A stretch of 64,000 nt of DNA from Nitrosopumilus sp. (GTDB lineage Archaea > Thermoproteota > Nitrososphaeria > Nitrososphaerales > Nitrosopumilaceae): contig OZ252243.1 of assembly GCA_965249555.1 (NCBI GenBank), positions 416,001 through 480,000 of the forward strand. The letters are read 5' to 3'. Of this stretch, positions 27,225 through 37,679 are shown in pieces (the stretch's first letter is position 1; each line of letters begins with the position of its first letter). The notes beneath the pieces are model-generated. The model was not told the origin of the DNA, made no database searches, and saw nothing but the letters and a program-made list of their open reading frames with translations. Both the position numbers and the translations under genes were made by a program.

Positions 27225-27985
27225 TGTTTGTTTTTCTTTACCTCAGGTCTGAGTTCTGCTAAGATGTCTTGTTGTAGTTTTAGTAATGATTTATCTTCAG
27301 TAACTCTAGGTCGTGGAAAATTATTTTCAAATTCTTTTTTGATTGTTGATGGACGATTACTAAAAACAGCTATTTTATTTCCAAGAACTGTAGCTTCTGA
27401 AACGTTATGAGTTACAAACAAAATTGTCTTCTTTGTCTTTTCCCAAATTAGCTGCATCTCAACTAACAGTAAATCACGAGTTTGTGCATCAAGTGCTGCA
27501 AATGGCTCATCCATTAGCAACACATCAGGATCCATTACAAGTGCTCTGGCAATAGCTACACGCTGTTTCATTCCAGTTGAAAGTTGGTAAGTGTAAGAAT
27601 TTGCAAATTTTGTTAGTTGCATCATATCCAGATATCTATTTGATATCTTTGCTCTCTCCTCCTTTGGAATTCCTGCCATCTTTAATCCAAATTCTACATT
27701 GTCTTGAACTGTGAGCCACGGAAATAGTGCACCTTCCTGAAATACCATAATTCTCTCAGGACTAGTCTCAATAACTGGATGCCCATCAAACATAATTTCT
27801 CCAGCATCTGGTTTCTCCAAGCCTGCAATTATGCGTAAAAATGTAGATTTCCCACAACCAGATGGGCCAACCAAACATACAAAGTCACCAGCCTCAACTT
27901 TTAGGTTAATGCCACCAAGTGCTTCAAGCTTATGAGAGTCATGGCTAAAGTACTTTACAATATTTTTTGCCTCTAACTTTGTCAT
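27221..27985 (-). CDS. ABC transporter ATPase (SsuB/TauB family)
   Basis: GPSGCGKST, LSTGMKQR and LLMDEPF. Confidence 0.93.
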   Translation of the reverse strand: MTKLEAKNIVKYFSHDSHKLEALGGINLKVEAGDFVCLVGPSGCGKSTFLRIIAGLEKPDAGEIMFDGHPVIETSPERIMVFQEGALFPWLTVQDNVEFGLKMAGIPKEERAKISNRYLDMMQLTKFANSYTYQLSTGMKQRVAIARALVMDPDVLLMDEPFAALDAQTRDLLLVEMQLIWEKTKKTILFVTHNVSEATVLGNKIAVFSNRPSTIKKEFENNFPRPRVTEDKSLLKLQQDILAELRPEVKKNKQ

Positions 27986-29008
27986 CTACAATTCTTCCTC
28001 CTCTAAGGAATTTATATCAAAGTAGGGGAAAATTCCAGACAGATCATATCCATTTCTTCCCAAATATCCTAGTGCATCAGCTCTTTCAGCAAAGGAAAAA
28101 ACAGAATTGGGTAATGGATCTGCAGTAATTACAATATTAGATAATGCAATATCTACAACATCATCAGACAAGGACTGTCCTAGATAAGAATTCAAAAAAT
28201 CATTAAAGACAATTCTAGTTTCAATTGGATGCTCAGCAATCCAGATGGTTGTTTCGTGATGAGAAGTTAAAAAAGGAATCATAAATTTTTTGTTATTTTC
28301 AAAATAATCCATATTTCCAATTAAAAGAACAGACGCAAATTCATTGTCTGGCCAGAGTTCTTCTTCATGGAATAATCGTTTTCCACCAAGTTCAGTTTCT
28401 AAAATTGTAGCCCAAGGTTCTGCAACCCATGCACCATCAATATCTCCTTTTACAAATAGTGTATAAATGTCAGGATTTGAAATATTGTAAACAATTACAG
28501 AGCCACCTTTTTCAGCTGGCTTTAATCCATTTTCAGAAAGATAATGACGTAGTGATACATCTTGTGTGTTGCCAATTTGGGGAGTGGCAATTTTTTTTCC
28601 TGCAAAGTCTGAAGCATAATTTATTTCAGAGTTTGGATGAACAACAAAGCTAGCACCACCACTTGCAGCACCGCCAAGAATCTTTATGTTATGATTCTCT
28701 GAATTCAAATATCCATTAATTGCAGGGCCTGGTCCAACATATGCAACATCAATAGAATTGGCAAACAAAGCTTCTATTGCTTGCGGTCCACTATCAAAAA
28801 CTCTGGTTTCAATTTTTACTTGATCTCCAACGCTTTCTTCAAAGAATCCCTTTTCTATTCCTACAATTGGAATGACATGGCCAATGTTTGGAAAATATCC
28901 AATACGAATCTTATTTTCATGCATAGTATCACTAGAAAGAGCAATTCCCAATACAGATAGTAACACAATTCCTGCAATGCCTGCAGAAATTGCTGATCGA
29001 GTTTTCAT
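27986..29008 (-). CDS. ABC substrate-binding protein (SsuA-like)
   Basis: RIGYFPN, YVGPGPA, GNTQDV and EPWA; first gene of the ABC operon. Confidence 0.88.
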   Translation of the reverse strand: MKTRSAISAGIAGIVLLSVLGIALSSDTMHENKIRIGYFPNIGHVIPIVGIEKGFFEESVGDQVKIETRVFDSGPQAIEALFANSIDVAYVGPGPAINGYLNSENHNIKILGGAASGGASFVVHPNSEINYASDFAGKKIATPQIGNTQDVSLRHYLSENGLKPAEKGGSVIVYNISNPDIYTLFVKGDIDGAWVAEPWATILETELGGKRLFHEEELWPDNEFASVLLIGNMDYFENNKKFMIPFLTSHHETTIWIAEHPIETRIVFNDFLNSYLGQSLSDDVVDIALSNIVITADPLPNSVFSFAERADALGYLGRNGYDLSGIFPYFDINSLEEEEL

Positions 29009-29141
29009 AAAACAGCGTTATATTTGGCGGTTAAATAATCATCGAATTTTAGCTCAAGCTAGGCTGAAATTTTTTTTTAGAAAATTAGATTGCAGCCTAA
29101 CACAAAAGATAAATTCCAAATTACGACGAGAAAGATGTTTC

Positions 29142-30341
29142 ATGACTCAAAAAGGAATTCTTGCATTCTCTGGAGGACTAGACACTTCAGTTGTTGTAAA
29201 ATATCTACAAGAAGAACACGACATGGATGTCATTACAGTGACAGTAGATGTTGGACAAGGTGATGATAGTAAAAAAATTGCAGCTAAAGCAAAAAAACTT
29301 GGTGTAAAAAAACATTACAACATAGATGCACGAAAAGAATTTGTCAAAGATTACATTTTTCCATCAATTAAAGCCAATGCACTTTATCAGAAAAAATATT
29401 GTCTTGCAACAGCACTTGCAAGACCACTAATTGCAGAAAAAGTTTTAGAGATTGCAAAAAAAGAAAAAGTAACATCACTAGCACATGGATGCTCAGGTAA
29501 AGGAAATGATCAAGTACGATTTGACATTACATTACAATCAGGTTCCAACCTACCAATCATTGCTCCAATTCGAGACAAAAACTTGGATAGGGATACTGAA
29601 CTAAAGTTTGCAAAAAAACATGGAATTGAAATTGATGCTGTAGCAAAAAAATTCAGTATTGATCAAAACTTGTGGGGACGTGCAATTGAAGGAGGAGTAC
29701 TAGAAGATCCATACAACGAACCACCTGATGATGCATTCATTTGGGTTAAAACAAAAAACTTGCCAGACAAGCCAACGTATTTGGAAATTAAATTTGAAAA
29801 AGGAATTCCAGTTAAAGTTGATGACAAAGTAATGGATTCTCAAAAACTAATTGAATACATCAACAGAAAAGCAGGTGCCGCAGGTGTCGGCATAGTTGAT
29901 CATATTGAAGACAGAGTTGTTGGGATCAAATCACGTGAAGTATATGAAACTCCTGCAGCTACTTGTTTGATTGAAGCGCATGCAGATTTAGAAAAGATGG
30001 TTCATACTAAACATGAAAACAAGTTCAAATCTCTAATAGATGATGAATGGGCATATTTGGTATATTCAGGACTTTGGCAAGACCCTCTAAAAACAGACTT
30101 GGATGGGTTTATCGAGGCATCACAAAATCCAGTATCTGGAAGCGTGAAACTAAAGTTGTACAAAGGAAGCTTGAGGGTAGTTGGAAGAAAATCTAAGAAT
30201 TCATTGTACAATCATGGCATTGCCACTTATGGCTCAGAATCAACATTTGATCAAAGATTAGCCAAAGGATTTGTAGAATTATGGGGAATGCAGACAACAG
30301 AAGCTAATAAATTACAAAAGAAAAGGTCAAAAAAAATATGA
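29142..30341 (+). CDS. argG: Argininosuccinate synthase
   Basis: LAFSGGLDTS, HGCSGKGNDQVRF and KSREVYE. Start reassigned to ATG 29142. Confidence 0.96.
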   Translation: MTQKGILAFSGGLDTSVVVKYLQEEHDMDVITVTVDVGQGDDSKKIAAKAKKLGVKKHYNIDARKEFVKDYIFPSIKANALYQKKYCLATALARPLIAEKVLEIAKKEKVTSLAHGCSGKGNDQVRFDITLQSGSNLPIIAPIRDKNLDRDTELKFAKKHGIEIDAVAKKFSIDQNLWGRAIEGGVLEDPYNEPPDDAFIWVKTKNLPDKPTYLEIKFEKGIPVKVDDKVMDSQKLIEYINRKAGAAGVGIVDHIEDRVVGIKSREVYETPAATCLIEAHADLEKMVHTKHENKFKSLIDDEWAYLVYSGLWQDPLKTDLDGFIEASQNPVSGSVKLKLYKGSLRVVGRKSKNSLYNHGIATYGSESTFDQRLAKGFVELWGMQTTEANKLQKKRSKKI

Positions 30342-30505
30342 ACTGCCCAGAATGTGATGCAACATTAAACATTCCAGACGATGCCTCAGTTGGAGAAATA
30401 ATCTCCTGTCCTGATTGCGGCGCTGACTTTGAAATCGCAAAAAAAGACGGATCAAATGTAGAGCTAAAGCAAGCAGAAACCGTAGGCGAAGACTGGGGAG
30501 AGTAA
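30338..30505 (+). CDS. lysW: Amino-group carrier protein LysW (copy 1, EDWGE)
   Basis: Manual translation MNCPECDA...CPDCG...ETVGEDWGE*. Confidence 0.95.
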   Translation: MNCPECDATLNIPDDASVGEIISCPDCGADFEIAKKDGSNVELKQAETVGEDWGE

Positions 30506-31362
30506 TGTCAAAAGTATGTATTGTGTTTGACCGTCTGAGAACAGAAGAAAAAATGCTTCAAAAAGAAGCAGTAGAACTTGGACACGATGCAGTGATGCTA
30601 GATGCAAAGATTACTCAAATTAACACAGATAGTAAAGAAGAAGACTATGATTTTGGGAATGTTGTTTTAGAAAGATGTGTAAGTTATTTTAGAGGACTTC
30701 ACTTTACTGCTAGTTTAGAATTTATGGACATTCCAGTTCTAAACAAGTTTGATGTTGCAAGCATTTGTGGAAACAAGATGTTCATGACTTTGCTTTTAAA
30801 AAAAAATAATGTTCCAACACCAAAAACATACTTTTCATTTTCAGGTAAAAGTGCAGCAGAAAATTTAGAAAAAGTTGGATACCCTCTAGTGATCAAACCA
30901 GTGATAGGAAGTTGGGGTAGAGGAGTAATGCCAATCAAAGATAAAGATGCAATGGAGGCAGTTTTGGAAATAAGAGAAGTCACAGATGGTCCACATGATA
31001 GAATTTACTACTTGCAGGAATTAATTAAAAGACCGCCAAGAGACATCAGAATAATCACTATAGGAGATGAGCCAATTGCAGCTATGTACAGAAAATCATC
31101 AGGTGAATTTAAGACAAACATAGCACTGGGAGCAGATCCAGAACTTTGTGAGATCACAAAAGAGATGGAGGATATGGCAGTAAAAGCATCAAAGGCTATG
31201 GGTGGCGGAATTTTAGGAATAGACATGATGGAAGACGAGGAACGAGGCCTAGTTGTACACGAAGTCAACAATACAGTGGAATTCAAAGGATTGTCAAGAG
31301 TTGCACAACGAAACATTCCAAAAGAAATGATAGAATTTGCTCTAAACTACGTTAGGAAATAA
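30505..31362 (+). CDS. lysX: LysW ligase LysX/ArgX (RimK-like ATP-grasp), copy 1
   Basis: KPVIGSWGR, RDIR and EVNNTVEFK; coupled to lysW. Confidence 0.9.
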   Translation: MSKVCIVFDRLRTEEKMLQKEAVELGHDAVMLDAKITQINTDSKEEDYDFGNVVLERCVSYFRGLHFTASLEFMDIPVLNKFDVASICGNKMFMTLLLKKNNVPTPKTYFSFSGKSAAENLEKVGYPLVIKPVIGSWGRGVMPIKDKDAMEAVLEIREVTDGPHDRIYYLQELIKRPPRDIRIITIGDEPIAAMYRKSSGEFKTNIALGADPELCEITKEMEDMAVKASKAMGGGILGIDMMEDEERGLVVHEVNNTVEFKGLSRVAQRNIPKEMIEFALNYVRK

Positions 31363-31390
31363 ATTATACTCCATAACGAGGAGATTTATC

Positions 31391-32437
31391 ATGAAAGTAG
31401 GTATTGTAGGAGCATCAGGATATGTAGGTGGAGAAACACTTCGTCTTCTTGTTAATCATCCAGATGTTGAGATAGCCATGGTGACATCAAGGCAACATGT
31501 TGGCGAATATCTACACAGAGTGCAACCAAGTTTGAAAGGGTTTACAGATCTTACTTTCTCAGAATTAGATTATGATAAATTAACTGACAAATGTGATCTA
31601 GTGTTCACTGCGGTTCCACATGGTAAAGCAACTGAAATTGTAAAGGCACTATATGATAGAGGTATCAAAATAATTGATTTGAGTGCGGATTACAGATTAC
31701 ATGATCAAGAAGCTTATGACAAATGGTACGGATGGGAGCATCCACATCCAGATTATTTAGAAAAATCAGTTTTTGGGATTCCTGAATTACACAGAGAGGA
31801 GATCAAAAAATCACAACTTGTGTCTTGTCCAGGATGTATGGCAGTTACATCAATATTAGCACTGGCTCCGTTAATTCGAAATGACATTATTGATACAGAA
31901 CATATCATTGTAGATTCAAAGATTGGATCTTCTGGTGCAGGTTCTGGTTCTGGAACTGCACATGCAATGAGGGCAGGAGTGATCAGACCATACAAACCAG
32001 CAAAACACAGACACACTGGAGAGATTGAACAAGAACTCAGCCAAATTGCAGGAAAGAAGATCAAAGTTTCAATGAGTCCACATGCAGTTGATGTAGTTCG
32101 CGGAATTTTATGTACAAACCATACATTCATGCAAAAAGACATTGATGAAAAAGAACTGTGGAAATTGTATCGTCAAGCTTATGGTGATGAAAAATTTATC
32201 AGACTTATTCGTGACAAAAATGGACTATACAAATTCCCAGATCCAAAGTTCTTGGTTGGTTCAAACTTTTGTGATATTGGATTTGATATAGACGAGGACA
32301 ATAACAGATTGATTGCATTATCGGCATCAGATAACTTGATGAAAGGTGCAGCAGGTTCTGCCATTCAAAATATGAATGTGATGTGCGGTTTTGATGAAAT
32401 GGATGGACTAAGATATACTCCATTAACTCCTGTTTAG
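31391..32437 (+). CDS. lysY: LysW-aminoadipyl/glutamyl-phosphate reductase
   Basis: GASGYVG, DLSADYR, PGC and DNLMKGAAG (ArgC family). Confidence 0.92.
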   Translation: MKVGIVGASGYVGGETLRLLVNHPDVEIAMVTSRQHVGEYLHRVQPSLKGFTDLTFSELDYDKLTDKCDLVFTAVPHGKATEIVKALYDRGIKIIDLSADYRLHDQEAYDKWYGWEHPHPDYLEKSVFGIPELHREEIKKSQLVSCPGCMAVTSILALAPLIRNDIIDTEHIIVDSKIGSSGAGSGSGTAHAMRAGVIRPYKPAKHRHTGEIEQELSQIAGKKIKVSMSPHAVDVVRGILCTNHTFMQKDIDEKELWKLYRQAYGDEKFIRLIRDKNGLYKFPDPKFLVGSNFCDIGFDIDEDNNRLIALSASDNLMKGAAGSAIQNMNVMCGFDEMDGLRYTPLTPV

Positions 32438-32439
32438 AA

Positions 32440-33243
32440 ATGATCACAATCAAAATTGGTGGAAGTGTAGTAGATAATTTACATCCATCTACAATTGCAG
32501 ATATTAAAAAGATGGCAAAATCAGAAGGGGTGATTTTAGTTCATGGTGGTGGGAAGGAAGTCACAAAAGTTTGTAAACAACTTGGAAAAGAACCAAAGTT
32601 TGTAACATCACCTAGTGGAATCAAAAGCAGGTATACGGATAAAGAGACTGCAGAAATTTTCACAATGGTAATGTCGGGTAGAATAAACAAGACAATTGTC
32701 CAGTTGCTTCAAAAAAATGGCATTAATGCAATTGGTCTTTCAGGAGTTGATGCCAAAGTTATAGAAGCTGATAGAAAAAAGAAGCTTCTCATAATCAATG
32801 AAAAAGGTAGAAAACAAGCAATTGATGGAGGCTACACTGGAAAAATTACCAATGTAAATTCGGAATTCATCAAATTACTCTTAAAACAAGGACTTACACC
32901 TGTTATTTCACCCATAGCAATTAGTGAAGAGTCAGAATTTCTCAATGTGGATGGAGACCGGGCTGCAGCATATGTAGCTGGAAAAGTAGGTTGTGACAAA
33001 GTATTATTCATTACAGACGTTGATGGACTATTAATGGATGACAAACTTGTTTCCAAACTAACATTAGCAGAAGCAAAAGAAATCAGACCAAAAATAGGAC
33101 CAGGAATGGAGAAGAAGATTTTAGCAGCTACTGAAGCACTAGATATGGGTGTCAAAGAAGCATTGATTGCAAATGGCCAGAAAGAAAATCCAATATCTTC
33201 TGCAATTGCACATGATAATTGTACGGTGATTGAACATGAGTGA
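32440..33243 (+). CDS. lysZ: LysW-aminoadipate/glutamate kinase
   Basis: IKIGG, VHGGG, SRYTD and NVDGDRAA. Confidence 0.92.
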   Translation: MITIKIGGSVVDNLHPSTIADIKKMAKSEGVILVHGGGKEVTKVCKQLGKEPKFVTSPSGIKSRYTDKETAEIFTMVMSGRINKTIVQLLQKNGINAIGLSGVDAKVIEADRKKKLLIINEKGRKQAIDGGYTGKITNVNSEFIKLLLKQGLTPVISPIAISEESEFLNVDGDRAAAYVAGKVGCDKVLFITDVDGLLMDDKLVSKLTLAEAKEIRPKIGPGMEKKILAATEALDMGVKEALIANGQKENPISSAIAHDNCTVIEHE

Positions 33244-34417
33244 AGATCAATTTATGGGGAATCTCTATCAGAGATTTCCAGTTACAATTGAAAAAGGAGT
33301 TGGAGCTCATGTATGGGATACAGATGGAAAAGAGTACATCGACTGCATGGGAGGATACGGTGTAGCATTAGTAGGTCATCAAAATCAAAGAGTCAACAAT
33401 GCAATTAAAGTACAACTTGATAAAATTATCACTGTTCACAGTTCCTTATACAACAAAACAAGAGAAGAGTTTTTGAAAATACTAATTGGACTAGCTCCCA
33501 AAGGACTCACACAAGTTCATCTAAACAATAGTGGAGCAGAAGCAATTGAAGCTGCAATAAAGTTTGCAAGAAAGTTTACAGGTAAAAAAGGAATGGTTGC
33601 AATGAAAGGTTCCTATCACGGAAAATCTTTTGGTGCATTGTCATTAACATTCAATCCAAAATATAGAAAACCATTTCAACCACTTGTTGAAAAAGTTTCT
33701 TTTGCATCTTTTGGAGATATTGAATCACTTCGTTCAATAATTGATGAAGATACAGCATTTGTAATTTTAGAACCAATTCAAGGAGAGAGTGGAATTATTG
33801 TTGCACCTGATGGATTTTTGCAAGAAGTAAGAAAACTTTGCGATGAGAAAGGAATTCTGTTAATTTTTGACGAAATACAAGCCGGTTTAGGTAGAACTGG
33901 ACGATTATGGGCTTGTGATCATTGGAACACTGCACCAGATATTTTATGTCTTGCAAAAGGAATAGCAGGAGGAATACCAATGGGTGTAACTCTTGTAAGA
34001 CCAGACATTCTCTCTTCAATGAGTAAAGGAGAACATTCATCAACATTTGGAGGAAACCCAATTTCTTGTGCAGCAGGGATTGCAGCTCTTAAAGCATTAA
34101 CCGAAGATGGATTGATTGAGAATTCAGAGAAGATGGGGAAAATTTTCAGAGAAGGATTAGAAAAATTAAAAGAAAAACATACGATGATTAGAGAGATTCG
34201 CGGTAAAGGACTCATGATAGGAATAGAGATGAAATTTGAAATCAAAGACATTCTAATGGGGTTAATAAAAGACGGTATTCTGATGCTATACTCTGGACGA
34301 AACATACTAAGAATTCTTCCACCATTAGTAATATCTGAAGAAGACATAACAAAAGTTTTACATGCTCTTGATTCCATACTAACAGAAGAGGAGCAAAAAC
34401 GTAATGTACAGAGATAA
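33230..34417 (+). CDS. lysJ: LysW-aminoadipate/glutamate semialdehyde transaminase
   Basis: Class III aminotransferase: SGAEAIE, EPIQGE, FDEIQAGLGRTG and AKG. Confidence 0.92.
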   Translation: MNMSEDQFMGNLYQRFPVTIEKGVGAHVWDTDGKEYIDCMGGYGVALVGHQNQRVNNAIKVQLDKIITVHSSLYNKTREEFLKILIGLAPKGLTQVHLNNSGAEAIEAAIKFARKFTGKKGMVAMKGSYHGKSFGALSLTFNPKYRKPFQPLVEKVSFASFGDIESLRSIIDEDTAFVILEPIQGESGIIVAPDGFLQEVRKLCDEKGILLIFDEIQAGLGRTGRLWACDHWNTAPDILCLAKGIAGGIPMGVTLVRPDILSSMSKGEHSSTFGGNPISCAAGIAALKALTEDGLIENSEKMGKIFREGLEKLKEKHTMIREIRGKGLMIGIEMKFEIKDILMGLIKDGILMLYSGRNILRILPPLVISEEDITKVLHALDSILTEEEQKRNVQR

Positions 34418-34823
34418 AGTAGACGAAAAGATCATAGAATATCTAAAAGAAAATTCTAGAGAATCATTTGTGGACATTGGAAAAAAATTAAAGCTTTCTG
34501 AATCAGCTGTAAGAAGACGTGTAAAAAATCTATTAGGAAGTGGAGTAATCAAAAAATTTACTTTAGAACTTGGTGAAGAAAATGCTACTAGTGCAATTGT
34601 TTTAGTTTCAGTAGATTCTGCAACAGATACATTCAAAGTTTCTATGAAACTTACAAAATTAGAAGGAGTGAAAACAGTTTATGAAATTACAGGCCAATAC
34701 GACATTACAGTAATTATCAGTGCAGCAACAATTGTTGAAATTAATAATAGTATTGATGCATTAAGAAAGATTCCAGGTGTAGTTGATACAAATACTGTAA
34801 TTATTTTGAAAAAAGTAATCTAA
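34404..34823 (+). CDS. lysM: Lrp/AsnC regulator LysM
   Basis: HTH LSESAVRRRV plus RAM domain YEITGQYD; lys-cluster context. Confidence 0.85.
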   Translation: MYRDKVDEKIIEYLKENSRESFVDIGKKLKLSESAVRRRVKNLLGSGVIKKFTLELGEENATSAIVLVSVDSATDTFKVSMKLTKLEGVKTVYEITGQYDITVIISAATIVEINNSIDALRKIPGVVDTNTVIILKKVI

Positions 34824-34939
34824 AACGACTTTCGTTTCATAATTTCAATTCAAAACTAGATTAGGATCATTATTACTTATTTTCAACGAACCTAGTACGA
34901 ATATGTTTATATTCCCAATTTAGGTCAACGATTTCAGTA

Positions 34940-36118
34940 ATGAATGATCCGAATCACTATGCAAATATCTATAACGCATATGAAAAAAATCCAAAGAAGA
35001 TTAGAATTCTAGACAGTACACTAAGAGAAGGGGAACAACACCCAGGTGTTTCATTTACAAACAAACAAAGAATACAGGTTGCATGGATGTTAGATTATTT
35101 TGGAGTTGAACAAATTGAAATCTCACCGGTCATATCAAAAGATCATAAAGAGGCAACTAAGACAATCATCAAACAAGGATTAACTGCAGATATTGTTTCT
35201 CATGGACGTGCTCTTAAAGCAGATATTGATATTTCATTAGATTGTGATGCAAAATGGTGTGCTGCATATTTAGGAATTTCAGATATTCATCTAAAAGATA
35301 AATTACATATTTCAAGAGATGAGGCACTTGACAGAGCAGTAGAGACTGTAGAGTATGCAAAATCTCATGGTCTTAAAATTAGATTTACAGTAGAAGATGG
35401 AAGTAGGGCAGAACCAGAATTTTTACTCAAAGTATGTAAAGCAATTGAAGAAGCAGGAGTTGATAGAATTAGTCTTCCAGATACAGTGGGAATTTTACGC
35501 CCTATTGGAATGTATAATTTTGTTAAGAAGGTTAGAGAGGTAGTAAGTGTACCATTAGATGCACACGTTCACAATGATATTGGATTTGCAGTAGCAAATG
35601 CTTTTTCAGCATGTGATGCAGGAGTTGATCAGATTCATACTACTATTGACGGTATTGGAGAAAGAACTGGAATCCCACCACTTGCAGAAGTTGCAGTAGC
35701 GCTTACTTATCTTTACAAATCACCAAACGATTTCAGATTAGACATGTTACTGGATCTGTCTAGATTAATTGAAGATTATACATCAATCAAACCATATGAC
35801 TCAAAACCAATTGTAGGATCATCTGCATACAAACACAAAGCAGGAACACACCTTGCAGCAATTCTTAGAAACCCTGCAGCCTATGAATCCATACCCCCAA
35901 GAGCAGTTGGAAACAGAAGGAGAATTGTCTTTGGGGAATTAGCAGGTAAGACAGGAGCTGCATATCTAATGTCACTATTAGGACTTGAAAAAGACGATGA
36001 AGGTGCAAAAGCAGTTGCAGCTGGATTAAAGAATCTTAGAATGGGTGATCTTATTGAGATTCCACTTGAAGACAGACTTGAAAAGAAGATAATTAATGAC
36101 ACTGATAGTATGTATTAA
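34940..36118 (+). CDS. Homocitrate synthase (LeuA family); last residues supplied by island DNA
   Basis: DSTLREGEQ, LPDTVG, HVHND and GIGERTG; lys-cluster context. Confidence 0.85.
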   Translation: MNDPNHYANIYNAYEKNPKKIRILDSTLREGEQHPGVSFTNKQRIQVAWMLDYFGVEQIEISPVISKDHKEATKTIIKQGLTADIVSHGRALKADIDISLDCDAKWCAAYLGISDIHLKDKLHISRDEALDRAVETVEYAKSHGLKIRFTVEDGSRAEPEFLLKVCKAIEEAGVDRISLPDTVGILRPIGMYNFVKKVREVVSVPLDAHVHNDIGFAVANAFSACDAGVDQIHTTIDGIGERTGIPPLAEVAVALTYLYKSPNDFRLDMLLDLSRLIEDYTSIKPYDSKPIVGSSAYKHKAGTHLAAILRNPAAYESIPPRAVGNRRRIVFGELAGKTGAAYLMSLLGLEKDDEGAKAVAAGLKNLRMGDLIEIPLEDRLEKKIINDTDSMY

Positions 36119-36420
36119 ATATTATTAATGTTGGTTCTGTCGGGTTATCGAAGGATAATTCAGAGTAGTCATAATCACGATCTTATTCCGATTCAAAAAT
36201 CAAAATAGAACAAACCGAATAAAGAAATGGGTCAGATTGAAGCCTTTTAATCAAGACCCTTCAGATAAAATCTCTGGCGGGATTTTTCCCTTATTTTCAT
36301 CATTGCCTTTTTGATTCACACAAAACTGGATTCTATTGAATTAGATCATTTTCAAGATTAGCAGAAGTTGAAATGTCTATCATGATATTTAATTAAATTT
36401 GGGTTAAATTAAGAACTATT

Positions 36421-36678
36421 ATGGATGAAAGAAAACCAATCGATTACATACATGAACCAGACAGACAAGAAATTTTGGATTTATATCAAAGGTTAGAGCG
36501 TATATACAAAAAAATCATAATGACTAAAAATCAACTGAAATCTAAACCTAATAGGATCTCCACTACATCTGATCTAATTACTATTTTTGAAATGTTTGAA
36601 TTGTTATATGCTAGTTTACTGGCAGTTAATACTCAACTCAATATTCTTTATACTAGATATTATAAAGATAAAACCTAA
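36421..36678 (+). CDS. Hypothetical helical protein
   Basis: 85-aa ATG ORF preceded by a TATA-like TTTAA; no motif recognised. Confidence 0.55.
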   Translation: MDERKPIDYIHEPDRQEILDLYQRLERIYKKIIMTKNQLKSKPNRISTTSDLITIFEMFELLYASLLAVNTQLNILYTRYYKDKT

Positions 36679-36690
36679 TTATTTCTCACA

Positions 36691-36849
36691 CTAGTGTTTT
36701 ATTTTTGGTATGCCTAATTGTTTTCTCTTTTTTTCATTTAATTTGTTTAATTGTACTATTTCTTTTTCCAACTCTTTTTTCCATTCATCATTTAGTGGTG
36801 CTTTTGACTTTAGTTTTTTTACTATTTTATCTAGACAATCACATATCAT
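36691..36849 (-). CDS. Small basic hypothetical protein (52 aa)
   Basis: Manual translation MICDCLDKIVKKLKSKAPLNDEWKKELEKEIVQL...GIPKIKH*. Confidence 0.4.
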   Translation of the reverse strand: MICDCLDKIVKKLKSKAPLNDEWKKELEKEIVQLNKLNEKKRKQLGIPKIKH

Positions 36850-36888
36850 ATGTAAAATCTAGTTAGATGATAAATTAAGAACTATGTG

Positions 36889-37167
36889 TTATTTGTCAAG
36901 ATAAAAATTAACAAATGTTATAATTTCTTGTTTGAATTCGTAAATTATTACCCACCCACTAGTAAATTTTATTTTTTTAAATTCTTTTTCTGGACATGTT
37001 GCTGTACCTCCTATTTCTAAAGGAGTAGGATGATTTGCAATCTTTATTGTGTATTCATAAATATCTCTTTGGTCAAGTTGTAAAGTTATAAAATCATATT
37101 TTGTAGAAAACCTGTCTGAATAACTACGCTTCCATCTTGTATTTGGATTATCTGTGTTAAATGACAT
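36889..37167 (-). CDS. RelE/ParE-like toxin
   Basis: 92 aa; overall pattern S..F.K...I...P..G...KIKF.SGWVIIYE....ITFV resembles the RelE fold; catalytic arginines not evident. Confidence 0.5.
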   Translation of the reverse strand: MSFNTDNPNTRWKRSYSDRFSTKYDFITLQLDQRDIYEYTIKIANHPTPLEIGGTATCPEKEFKKIKFTSGWVIIYEFKQEIITFVNFYLDK

Positions 37168-37176
37168 GTTTGATAA

Positions 37177-37314
37177 TTAATGATTAATATCGGGTTTATT
37201 TTTTAGACCCAACTTTTGATCTATTTTGTATTGTACTACAATATCAGTATCTTTATCGTCCCACGAAGTTTCAACAATCATTGCCTCCAACTCTTTGCTT
37301 GAATCATTCATCAT
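37177..37314 (-). CDS. Small acidic protein, possible antitoxin
   Basis: Manual translation MMNDSSKELEAMIVETSWDDKDTDIVVQYKIDQKLGLKNKPDINH*; ends 9 nt upstream of the RelE-like gene. Confidence 0.4.
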   Translation of the reverse strand: MMNDSSKELEAMIVETSWDDKDTDIVVQYKIDQKLGLKNKPDINH

Positions 37315-37679
37315 ATACTAAATTAATAGTGAATAATTAACTCTTTATTTTCTTTGTGTTGTTTTTACTGATCTAATTGTAACATGATTATGTCTAAAAC
37401 ATGCTTAGGTTTATGATCCATGCTTTACGAAAATTGTTGGCCTTATCCGCACATTCATTGCCTCTACTAGTTCTCCTCTAAACTTTTCATGTCTTCTCTG
37501 TGTGAATATATCTGATATTGCACAAAGCGGATTACTGCCACTGGAATCTCGCAGTTGAACATTTTTTTCCAGTATGGATAATGCCATATTTGTAAGACTA
37601 TAATTTCTCTTGAGTATCTTGTGGTGTCGGCCATCTGTGACTATTATTGCCCAGAATTCTAACTCTCGCTTTTGTCCTC

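Noticed and set aside
28872-29141. 90-aa N-terminal extension of ArgG in the ORF track
   Set aside because: Overlaps the divergent SBP gene; ArgG homology begins at ATG 29142.
34823-34837. AAACGA-CTT-TCGTTT palindrome after lysM (LysM site or terminator)
   Set aside because: Only 6-bp arms with no clear second copy; insufficient support.
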